Source: Candidatus Woesearchaeota archaeon (GTDB lineage: Archaea > Nanobdellota > Nanobdellia > Woesearchaeales > GW2011-AR9). Taken from it: a stretch of DNA of 64,000 nt. Where the stretch lies: the NCBI GenBank assembly GCA_016181265.1, contig JACOZP010000007.1, positions 6,560 through 70,559 on the forward strand, read 5' to 3'. Both the position numbers and the translations under genes were made by a program. This document shows, in pieces, positions 52,175-60,140 of this stretch. The notes below the pieces were generated by a model. It was not told the origin of the DNA, made no database searches, and worked only from the letters and a program-made list of their open reading frames with translations. How positions within the stretch are numbered: position 1 is the first letter of the stretch; each line of letters begins with the position of its first letter.

Positions 52175-53296
52175 CTAAGGATTCCTAAAATTCGGGGACG
52201 CTTTTCTAATGATATTTACAACCCCTCTATCCGCATCGACTTCCACTTCGTCACCATCAACGAGAACTCTTGTCGCATTGCCCGTGCCAACAATACAGGG
52301 AATTCCAAACTCTCTACTGACAATCGCCGCATGAGAAAGAAGCCCGCCCATGTCTGTAACAATTGCGCCAGCCTTTTGACATGCGACAATCAGCTCTGGG
52401 GCTGTTGTTTTCGCGACTAAAATATCGCCTTTTCGCATTTTGTTAATTTCGTAACTCATAGCTTCAATCTTATTATAATTCACTGGAATAACTTTAACCA
52501 CTCCCGATACTTTCCCTCTGCTTGCCATCTGCCCTACTACTTGATTGGTATCAGCCATCTTCTCTTCAAATTTCTCCGCGATTTCTTTGGCAAGTGCCCC
52601 TTCATATGGTTCAACTCGATCATACGTGGAGATAAAAATATCTTGCCTCTTTTGCACAGCTTCTAAGTTCGGTCTCTTTCCATTAAACAGATCAAGCAAT
52701 TCTTTTTGTGTAAGATTTTGTAGGATTGAACTGCTCATTGGAAACTGCTTGTTTAAAATTGTAAATAGACGTGATGCATACCCATCTGCTTCAAAAAGAA
52801 CGGTATTCATAAAAGTGCGGATCTGGTCTTTTAATGTTAAGATTGTTGTTAAGTTTTGTTTAATGATCGTGTTTTGCTCCATTAATATAAATGCTCTATC
52901 GGTATGTTCAATATTCATCATCGTATATTCTTTACAGAGCTTAATTGCATAATCCAAGAATTGCTTTAATACTGCTGGAGAAATGGACTCTTTTCCTTTT
53001 ATCTCCGATTCAAAAAAATGTCTAAACCGGGTACAATGACCATGTACTTCTTTTTCAAATGAAGCGAATTTCTCCTCGCTGCTATAAAATTGAACACCTC
53101 TTTCTAAAGCTCGTTCAAATGCTCTCCGGGTGAAATATTGCTTAAACATCCCGTGTTCAATGATGAATAAAACTTCAAGATCAATGTAGGCATTTCGATG
53201 AATGTCAGTTACAAAAACAGTAACTCCTTCAACAGCAAAGCTAAGGATGTAATCCTCTCTCTTGAATCTTTTGGCTTCATTTGATCTTGACTTCAT
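52175..53296 (-). CDS. PEP-utilising-enzyme mobile (swivel phosphohistidine) domain protein with unknown N-terminal domain
   Basis: 373 aa. The C-terminal roughly 100 aa read GKVSGVVKVI..GDILVAKTTAPE..TDMGGLLSHAAIVSREFGIPCIVG, with a conserved His. The N-terminal roughly 270 aa are unrecognised. Confidence 0.65.
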   Translation of the reverse strand: MKSRSNEAKRFKREDYILSFAVEGVTVFVTDIHRNAYIDLEVLFIIEHGMFKQYFTRRAFERALERGVQFYSSEEKFASFEKEVHGHCTRFRHFFESEIKGKESISPAVLKQFLDYAIKLCKEYTMMNIEHTDRAFILMEQNTIIKQNLTTILTLKDQIRTFMNTVLFEADGYASRLFTILNKQFPMSSSILQNLTQKELLDLFNGKRPNLEAVQKRQDIFISTYDRVEPYEGALAKEIAEKFEEKMADTNQVVGQMASRGKVSGVVKVIPVNYNKIEAMSYEINKMRKGDILVAKTTAPELIVACQKAGAIVTDMGGLLSHAAIVSREFGIPCIVGTGNATRVLVDGDEVEVDADRGVVNIIRKASPNFRNP

Positions 53297-53311
53297 CTTT
53301 AAAATAGAGGT

Positions 53312-56089
53312 CTAATTCACCTTAAAGAAATACTCCGGCAGATATTCATTGCCACCTAAATATCTCTTCTTCATTTCTGGATCGACCGTAAATCCTTTGG
53401 GATAATTGATCTCCCACATCTTGATCGGACCAATCAATCTATTTTGATATAGAGACAGCGGGATCCCACTTTTCCCAACGCCATAGATCTCTCTAAATGC
53501 GGAAGTATCATACGCTAGGTTTTGTTGATCAAAGACATAAAGATTTACCCATAATGCTTTCATCCCTTCCTCGGAGACAAATAATCCTGCACCAACGGCG
53601 CTCGCAATCTTTCCATCATTTGCCAGAACAGGAATGATTCGGAAACAACCTGCATATCCTTGCGTTTGATAACGGAACATCTTGCCGTTAAAATAAAGGC
53701 ACTGAAGCGGTACATCCGTCCTTTTTCCATCTTTTACAATCGCTATCGTTGGTTGACCAAAAGTGACTGATTCCGTCGTCTCGTTCTCCACAACTCGCCG
53801 AATCGGAACGAAAACCGCACCTACACCTGATTGACGAGCAGGAAAGACCTCCCCATTCCAAGTGAAATCATCATCAAACGCCTGGCTTCCTTGAAACATC
53901 AATACAGTTGAGTCTCGTGTCTCTTGCGTTCCTTTCTCGTTAAGGACAAAAGTATTAATCCAGCTATACCGATCATAATTCTCATCCGAACCGATACTGG
54001 AATACGCCGTATACTTACCAATATCATCAGAAACGATCAGCAAATTCGTCGCTCTGTGAACCGATAGAAACTGTAATGCCTCTTCCTGAGATTGCCCCGT
54101 CAAGACATAACGCCCCATCAGATAGTTCCAATACTTGACTTTATTTGCCCCATCTAAGACGCTCGCTCGCTCAAAGCCATTCTGTACCCAATATCCATAA
54201 TCCCACCAATGCGCGAAAACCGCATCTTTTGCAATATTCTCACGTACCCAAGCACCGGCCATCTGCCAGGGAGGATTGTAAGGTGGAGAGGTATATGTTG
54301 CTTGTTTAACGGAATCTTGATAGTTGTCCGGAATCAATCCGCGGAAAGGCGAGACTAGCGGACTCATCAAGACGAGAAGCAGCACGACTAAAAGTGCAAC
54401 TCGCCCAGACTTATGTTTCCAATTCCAGATCATCTTTGCTAATTCCACAACGGCATATGCCCCCAATAACGCAACGACCGGTGCGAACACGAATAAAAGC
54501 CTGATTGCGCCACGCGCAGCGACAACCATAAATAAGACCCAGATCAAGACAAACAAAAGATTACTATCCCAACTCTTCAGTTGCTCGTATGCTTCTCTAT
54601 CTTTGTAATACCCACGTAATACATAATAAACTGTAAGCACTGCTAAAGCTAAGAAACTACCAAAGTAAAGGATAATCGAAAGAGGGGTCGAGCCGTTCAA
54701 CACACCATCAGGAGAATAACGACTCCATAATAAAAAGAACAAGAAGAGTACGTACGCTAAGACCAATTTGACTTTATCTTTATTCTTTCTAACCATCGCA
54801 TAAAACGCAAGAATCGTCCCGATAAGGAACAGAAAATAGGCCGCAGGAACACCGACGAATTCTGGACCGAAATTAGAGAGAATATCCGTAAAATACGGTT
54901 GATGTTGCTCGGCAACAGTTAATTCCCAGCGGTCTTTTCCCATCGGATGCAGTAATAACGACTTCGCTTCCTCCAACTGCGATCCCAGATGCATAGGACC
55001 AATTGCGATAAGCAAACCAAGTAATCCTAGTGCGCCGGCCACGAGAATACTTACCGCTGCCGGAGGTATTTTCCCTTTGATTTTTGTCTCCAAGCCAAAA
55101 AGATGATATTGAAAGAGAACAAGATCAATAGCAAGTACTACGAGGATAAATAAAGGGATTGCAGTGGTAATGGATTTCACAAGCGAAGATAAAGGAAATA
55201 ACGGAACCCAAGAAACCATCACCAGAACCGCGATAACAAACCATAAGCCATACATGTAGACGTGGCGTCGTTCAATCTTCTGAAAGATGTATTCTAATAA
55301 GACAAATAAACCGAAGATCAACGCAAGAAACTTCCATGCCCCCCACGTCAATCCCGTCAGACCAGTCGCGACACCCGCAGCCGCTCCCCACCATAGCGTC
55401 CTCTTCAAATCTTTTGCTTGCCAAGCTGCGATAAACAGATACATTGAAAGGAACATAAACATCATACCCAATGCATCGTGATCTGAGCTCCCTCCCATCG
55501 TCCTCTGCAAAAATGCCGGAGAAATTGTTAGTAAGAAACTGCCCAATAATGCCACTTTTTCATTAAACAATCGACGAGCGAGAAGGAAAAAGAAAAAAAT
55601 TCCCAGCGCAAACGCAATAACAGGATACACCACATCGGCATACCCCAATGTAACTGTCGGCACTAAGAAATGCATGATTTTATAGAGAAAATAGATAACA
55701 TACGCCATAAATGCATAGTTCGCTGTCGGCGCTCCGATCGGAACAAAACGCGTGGTATCAACAGCTGGAACGGACCCATCCGTCATTATCATCTTGGCAT
55801 ACTTAAAGTAAATATGTGAATCTAAGTCGACAGAAAGCCATTCCTGGTTGGTTACATCGTGAAGCAAACTGAAGTTAAGCGTGCGGATATAGCCCCCTAA
55901 CAAGATTATAGCAATCAATACTACATAAACCCAAAGATTCTTATTCTCTTTGAGATACGTGATCACTTTCTTTCGCTTCTGCGAAAGAGCATCACCAGCA
56001 TCATCGGAAGTTGAAAAGAAAGATTTGACTTTCTTTGTTAATTCTGTTCGTTTTTGTTGTAGATTATCTTGTGAATCGTTGTCTGTCAT
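53312..56089 (-). CDS. aglB: archaeal oligosaccharyltransferase AglB (STT3 family)
   Basis: 925 aa with 13 or more TM helices. The first loop is DLDSHIYFKY..D, and the canonical WWDYGYW motif (AHWWDYGYWVQ) is followed by a large C-terminal domain. Confidence 0.9.
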   Translation of the reverse strand: MTDNDSQDNLQQKRTELTKKVKSFFSTSDDAGDALSQKRKKVITYLKENKNLWVYVVLIAIILLGGYIRTLNFSLLHDVTNQEWLSVDLDSHIYFKYAKMIMTDGSVPAVDTTRFVPIGAPTANYAFMAYVIYFLYKIMHFLVPTVTLGYADVVYPVIAFALGIFFFFLLARRLFNEKVALLGSFLLTISPAFLQRTMGGSSDHDALGMMFMFLSMYLFIAAWQAKDLKRTLWWGAAAGVATGLTGLTWGAWKFLALIFGLFVLLEYIFQKIERRHVYMYGLWFVIAVLVMVSWVPLFPLSSLVKSITTAIPLFILVVLAIDLVLFQYHLFGLETKIKGKIPPAAVSILVAGALGLLGLLIAIGPMHLGSQLEEAKSLLLHPMGKDRWELTVAEQHQPYFTDILSNFGPEFVGVPAAYFLFLIGTILAFYAMVRKNKDKVKLVLAYVLFLFFLLWSRYSPDGVLNGSTPLSIILYFGSFLALAVLTVYYVLRGYYKDREAYEQLKSWDSNLLFVLIWVLFMVVAARGAIRLLFVFAPVVALLGAYAVVELAKMIWNWKHKSGRVALLVVLLLVLMSPLVSPFRGLIPDNYQDSVKQATYTSPPYNPPWQMAGAWVRENIAKDAVFAHWWDYGYWVQNGFERASVLDGANKVKYWNYLMGRYVLTGQSQEEALQFLSVHRATNLLIVSDDIGKYTAYSSIGSDENYDRYSWINTFVLNEKGTQETRDSTVLMFQGSQAFDDDFTWNGEVFPARQSGVGAVFVPIRRVVENETTESVTFGQPTIAIVKDGKRTDVPLQCLYFNGKMFRYQTQGYAGCFRIIPVLANDGKIASAVGAGLFVSEEGMKALWVNLYVFDQQNLAYDTSAFREIYGVGKSGIPLSLYQNRLIGPIKMWEINYPKGFTVDPEMKKRYLGGNEYLPEYFFKVN

Positions 56090-56111
56090 ACCTCACCCAC
56101 CAATAAAATAA

Positions 56112-56690
56112 CTAAGAAAGTACGCCCAAGAACTCATATATAATTCTTTCTGTAATTCTCTCCCATTCCAACGCAGAGACAGCACCAATTGCCAGACATT
56201 GTCCGTCACTTGTCAGTGTCGTCTCAATAGAACTAAGAGCAGCATCGCGCAGGATGATCCCCGGACTTTGACAGGTAACAATCGGAATATCTTTAGCACA
56301 ATCGTTCTCAGAGAGGCACGCTTCCTGCAAACGCACCCCATTCACATAAAGAACAGCTTGTAACAAAGGGATTGATGATGCAGAGAGAGAGACACTCTTG
56401 TTTGCAACTGTCTCATCGATAAGATGAACCTTCCCTACAGCTCTCCATCCCGTGACGGATAGCGGCAGTGCGATAGATTGCACCTCCTGTGGCAGATAGA
56501 GAAAACTATATTTTTGGCCATTGATCATTGATGTCCACACATTATTTTCTCGAATAAAAGTGTAACCATTGAATTCTTGAGTGATGGATAGAGGATCAGT
56601 AGGACCCAATAATGTTCCGCCAATAACTCCTCCGATGCTGAGAACCATAATTGCAATGATAAACCAAGCAGCTGCTTTTCGTGTATCCAT
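56112..56690 (-). CDS. membrane-anchored extracytoplasmic protein, unknown function (aglB operon)
   Basis: 192 aa with one N-terminal TM helix. It lies 22 nt upstream of aglB on the same strand. Confidence 0.5.
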   Translation of the reverse strand: MDTRKAAAWFIIAIMVLSIGGVIGGTLLGPTDPLSITQEFNGYTFIRENNVWTSMINGQKYSFLYLPQEVQSIALPLSVTGWRAVGKVHLIDETVANKSVSLSASSIPLLQAVLYVNGVRLQEACLSENDCAKDIPIVTCQSPGIILRDAALSSIETTLTSDGQCLAIGAVSALEWERITERIIYEFLGVLS

Positions 56691-56710
56691 GAATAGTATG
56701 GAAGAACATG

Positions 56711-56728
56711 ATTATTTAAAGATTATGG
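56711..56728. promoter_or_regulatory. TATA-like box between aglB-operon start and repeat copy 3 (possibly bidirectional)
   Basis: Coding-strand CCATAATCTTTAAATAAT lies about 28 nt upstream of the ATG at 56690. The repeat begins about 18 nt on the other side. Confidence 0.45.
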
Positions 56729-56735
56729 AGAAAAA

Positions 56736-56886
56736 GGCTCTGTGAGAAAAAGTCAGCCGCCTGACCAAAAAGTTGCGTGAGAACAGCAATATCCCCCGTT
56801 ATTGGTGCTTCTTAGTTCTAGTCTGGGCGACTGGAGAAGCACGAACGCAATGGTTAGGTTGACTTTTTCAAAATTTTCTACAGAGC
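56736..56886 (+). repeat. structured intergenic repeat, short copy
   Basis: The sequence runs GGCTCTGTGAGAAAAAGTCAGCC ... GGTTGACTTTTTCAAAATTTTCTACAGAGC. The termini are reverse-complementary and there is an internal GTGCTTCT/AGAAGCAC hairpin. Confidence 0.8.
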
Positions 56887-56900
56887 AGAAGAAAAACTAG

Positions 56901-57140
56901 TTACAGTTGAATAAGTTCACAAACATCTCTGACAATTTTCTCTTTTTTCTCAGAATTCCAGACGTCATCTTCAATCTGAGGGTATTGTGGGACAACTCTT
57001 CTTAGAGCGACACGTAGTCGTTCCGTGAAATCTTCCTCCGGATGCTTCCCTTGATCCTCTAACGCTTGCATTACATCAGTAACAAGAATTGGGAGAACAG
57101 CCTCCATCCTTGCTTCCTCCTGAGGCATAATTGCTGGCAT
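56901..57140 (-). CDS. hypothetical small protein
   Basis: The track start at 57146 is TTG. The ATG at 57140 lies about 28 nt downstream of GGTTTAAAAAAATTG. The protein is 79 aa and acidic. Confidence 0.35.
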   Translation of the reverse strand: MPAIMPQEEARMEAVLPILVTDVMQALEDQGKHPEEDFTERLRVALRRVVPQYPQIEDDVWNSEKKEKIVRDVCELIQL

Positions 57141-57185
57141 GATCAAAGTAAGAAAAAGAGGGGTTTAAAAAAATTGTGGAAGAGA

Positions 57186-57920
57186 TCACTCTTTCAGCAG
57201 TTCAATCTCATCTTCTTCCACCCTACGTACAGGTTTCTCATACTTCAATTCCTCATACGTCTGCGCCACTAATCCCGGCGTCCGACCGATAATAAATACT
57301 CCTTTGCCAAGCAACGGATCAAAACTAAAATCACATAACAGCAACGCTAAAAAACCATCAATATTAATTGGTAAGCTCTTTCCTTTCGTTTCCTGAAACG
57401 CTTTCTCCACTTCTTCCTTCAAGAAGAGATGCTTCGATTTGAAACCAAGCTTTTTCATCTCTTTCAATAATAATAGCACACGAGGGTCTTCATCTTTATA
57501 CACTTTGTGGCCAAAACCATAGATCGTTTTCTTCCCAGAAATCATTTCTCTAATCTGGATAGATGCTCTCTCTTTACCTAACTGTTCCCAAGCATAAAAC
57601 TGCTGCATCGCTTTTTCAATTGCACCGCCGTGATGATCTCCAATACTAAGAATACCGCCACCCACTCCCACATTAAGCGCATTCCCTCCCGAAGCGATAC
57701 ATCGTGCCGTCAGCGAAGACGTTGTACCCATCCCATGATCAATGACTCCGATCAGCATCTTCTCAAACAATACACTCTCCGCTGCCGTTGCTTTTCTTCC
57801 AGATAATAACAGAAAGATAGCATCGCTAAATTTTCCTTGTGTGATCAACGAAGACAACTTCTCATTTCGGATAACAACATCATTGTCCACAAGTTTGGAG
57901 ATACGTGTCTTGAATTCCAT
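57186..57920 (-). CDS. citryl-CoA lyase-like protein (citrate synthase-homology domain)
   Basis: 244 aa. It has the GFGHKVYKDEDPR motif of the citrate synthase/ACL C-terminal fold and is similar in size to a stand-alone Ccl. Confidence 0.65.
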   Translation of the reverse strand: MEFKTRISKLVDNDVVIRNEKLSSLITQGKFSDAIFLLLSGRKATAAESVLFEKMLIGVIDHGMGTTSSLTARCIASGGNALNVGVGGGILSIGDHHGGAIEKAMQQFYAWEQLGKERASIQIREMISGKKTIYGFGHKVYKDEDPRVLLLLKEMKKLGFKSKHLFLKEEVEKAFQETKGKSLPINIDGFLALLLCDFSFDPLLGKGVFIIGRTPGLVAQTYEELKYEKPVRRVEEDEIELLKE

Positions 57921-57924
57921 GGTC

Positions 57925-58833
57925 CTATTTACTGATTGCCTCTTTTATTAATCTTCCGATGTCATGATGCACTTCAGCGATGACCACACCCGCTCCTCGT
58001 AACGCGTTCACTTTCGCATCGCGTGTCCCTTTAGTCCCTTCGATGATAGCCCCGGCATGGCCCAAAGAAACAGCTGGCAACGAACTGGCAAATCGTCCAG
58101 AAATAAATGCAACAATCGGTTTAGAAAACGGCTTTCCTTTCTTTCGACGTTCCAAAAGATACTTTGCTAAATCTTCTTCGGATGATCCTCCTATCTCTCC
58201 GAACAGAACAATCCCTTTTGTCTCCGGATCTTTTTCAAATAACGGCACAAGTTCAGCAAAGGCCGCTCCCATCAAGATATCGCTCCCGATACTAACTACT
58301 GTCGACTGTCCTAACCCCGCTTGAGACAAAACAAGAGAAGTCTCGCAAGACATCCCTCCGCTCCGTGAGATGACGCCGATCGATCCAGGAGTAAACGCAA
58401 TCTTCGCTTTACCGCTACCGATTGGACCACACTTTGCTTTTCCCACCGAATAAATTCCTGCAGAGGTTGCGCCGACAATCATCACTTTCTTTTCCCGTGC
58501 CAACGAGAAACAGTAGGCCATATCATGGACAGGAATATTTTCTGTGACTACATTGATGAGAGGAACTCCCGCTTCAATCGCTTCCACAATTGCCACCTTC
58601 GCTAATTTTGGAGGAACAAAAATAATAGAACAATCTACCCGCTGTTTTTTTTGCGCTTCCACAATAGTATTATACACGGGTACGCCCAGCACTTCCATCC
58701 CGCCTTTCCCGGGCGTCACGCCAGCAACAACAAGAGAGCCGGCTGCTAACATCTCCTGACAAGCCTGTTCTCCTTGTTTTCCCGTAATCCCTTGGATCAA
58801 AAATCGTGTCTTTTTATCAATCAAGATTGCCAT
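57925..58833 (-). CDS. succinyl-CoA synthetase alpha-like subunit (citryl-CoA synthetase small subunit / ACL alpha N-domain-like)
   Basis: 302 aa. Motifs QGITGKQG, ISRSGGMSCE and LGHAGAI (phosphohistidine loop) are present. Confidence 0.75.
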   Translation of the reverse strand: MAILIDKKTRFLIQGITGKQGEQACQEMLAAGSLVVAGVTPGKGGMEVLGVPVYNTIVEAQKKQRVDCSIIFVPPKLAKVAIVEAIEAGVPLINVVTENIPVHDMAYCFSLAREKKVMIVGATSAGIYSVGKAKCGPIGSGKAKIAFTPGSIGVISRSGGMSCETSLVLSQAGLGQSTVVSIGSDILMGAAFAELVPLFEKDPETKGIVLFGEIGGSSEEDLAKYLLERRKKGKPFSKPIVAFISGRFASSLPAVSLGHAGAIIEGTKGTRDAKVNALRGAGVVIAEVHHDIGRLIKEAISK

Positions 58834-58834
58834 C

Positions 58835-60085
58835 TCAGTTCACCATCGTCTTTCGAATATTTTTCTTTACTATCGGATCAGCTCTTCTGGTATTCAACAT
58901 CTTGTACTTTTCTGACAACTCTACCATGATCTTCGCCGCCTGTGTCAATAAGATCTTTTCATCATAATAATGAATATTCAACCCGTATTTCTCTTTTGCT
59001 TCCATCAACATTGCGCGCGCCTCATCATCGTGCGGCCCCGCTCTCCGGATTACGATCGGGAAATCAGGTTTCAGTTCGATGAGAACATTCAAGACTCCTC
59101 GTAGCGTCTCTGCAATATTAGTAAAGTTAGCAATAACCCCCGCAACGAGCAAACCAGATAATCCTTTTCGTCCCAAGACGATACGAGTCAGTTTTTCTAC
59201 CTTCTCCATCGGCGGATTACCGCTATATTCTGTAAAATTCGCCGGCTTTCCCCCATAATCAACTAACGCATCGAGCAGTGTCATCGAAGCGCCACCACCA
59301 CTGGTCAGGATCGCAATATCACCATCAAGATCGATGAATGTCTTTCCTGCAACACCTCGATAATCGTCTTTATCGATGAGATGGGCCGCTGCTTCACGTG
59401 GCGTAACCGGCCGGTTATGTGTTCTCTCAGGGAAATGCATCTCCCAACGAAACTTGGCATCATCATCTAAAACTGCAACAGCATCAACTGCAACAACATC
59501 GGACGCAGTGGTAACAACCAGTGGATTTATCTCCATCATCGTACAATCAAACCGCGTGAAACAAAGATAGGCTTTCTTCATAACCTCGCGTACTTTCTTT
59601 AATACATTCTGCGACAATACCGAACCCGAAAGAAGAAAATCAAGATCACCCTCAGTCAACCCCGCATGATAAACTAATTCTCGAAGCTTGATCTTCTCTG
59701 GATTCTTTTGTTTCAATTCTTCAATATTAGCGCCGCCGGATTCACTATAAATAAAGACTGGTGTGCGTTTGGAAGTATCAAATAAAATACCAAGATATAA
59801 TTCCTGTTTGATCTCAATCTTCTCGTCTAGCAAGACTTCAGAGATCTGTTCACTCATGAACGTAGAATGAAGGAAGCGGGCGGCAAATTTCTCTGCCTCT
59901 CCCGCATCCCGTACTAAACACACCCCACCCGCTTTTCCTCTGCCTCCTGCTAAAGTCTGTACTTTCAGCAGACGCTCCTCACGGAATGGAGGAATATCAT
60001 CTTTGCTTTTGATGAGTATACCTTTACTGACCGGAATATCAACTCGCCGGAATAATTCTTTGGACTCAAATTCTTTCAGTTTCAC
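58835..60085 (-). CDS. succinyl-CoA synthetase beta-like ATP-grasp subunit (citryl-CoA synthetase large subunit / AclB-like)
   Basis: 416 aa from a GTG start. The N-terminal MKLKEFESKELF aligns with the SucC MNLHEYQ start, followed by an ATP-grasp and a ligase-CoA domain. Confidence 0.75.
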   Translation of the reverse strand: MKLKEFESKELFRRVDIPVSKGILIKSKDDIPPFREERLLKVQTLAGGRGKAGGVCLVRDAGEAEKFAARFLHSTFMSEQISEVLLDEKIEIKQELYLGILFDTSKRTPVFIYSESGGANIEELKQKNPEKIKLRELVYHAGLTEGDLDFLLSGSVLSQNVLKKVREVMKKAYLCFTRFDCTMMEINPLVVTTASDVVAVDAVAVLDDDAKFRWEMHFPERTHNRPVTPREAAAHLIDKDDYRGVAGKTFIDLDGDIAILTSGGGASMTLLDALVDYGGKPANFTEYSGNPPMEKVEKLTRIVLGRKGLSGLLVAGVIANFTNIAETLRGVLNVLIELKPDFPIVIRRAGPHDDEARAMLMEAKEKYGLNIHYYDEKILLTQAAKIMVELSEKYKMLNTRRADPIVKKNIRKTMVN

Positions 60086-60140
60086 ATCACATCACCGCAT
60101 CAATTTTATCATCAAAATTATAATTTGTCTTTATATCTCT

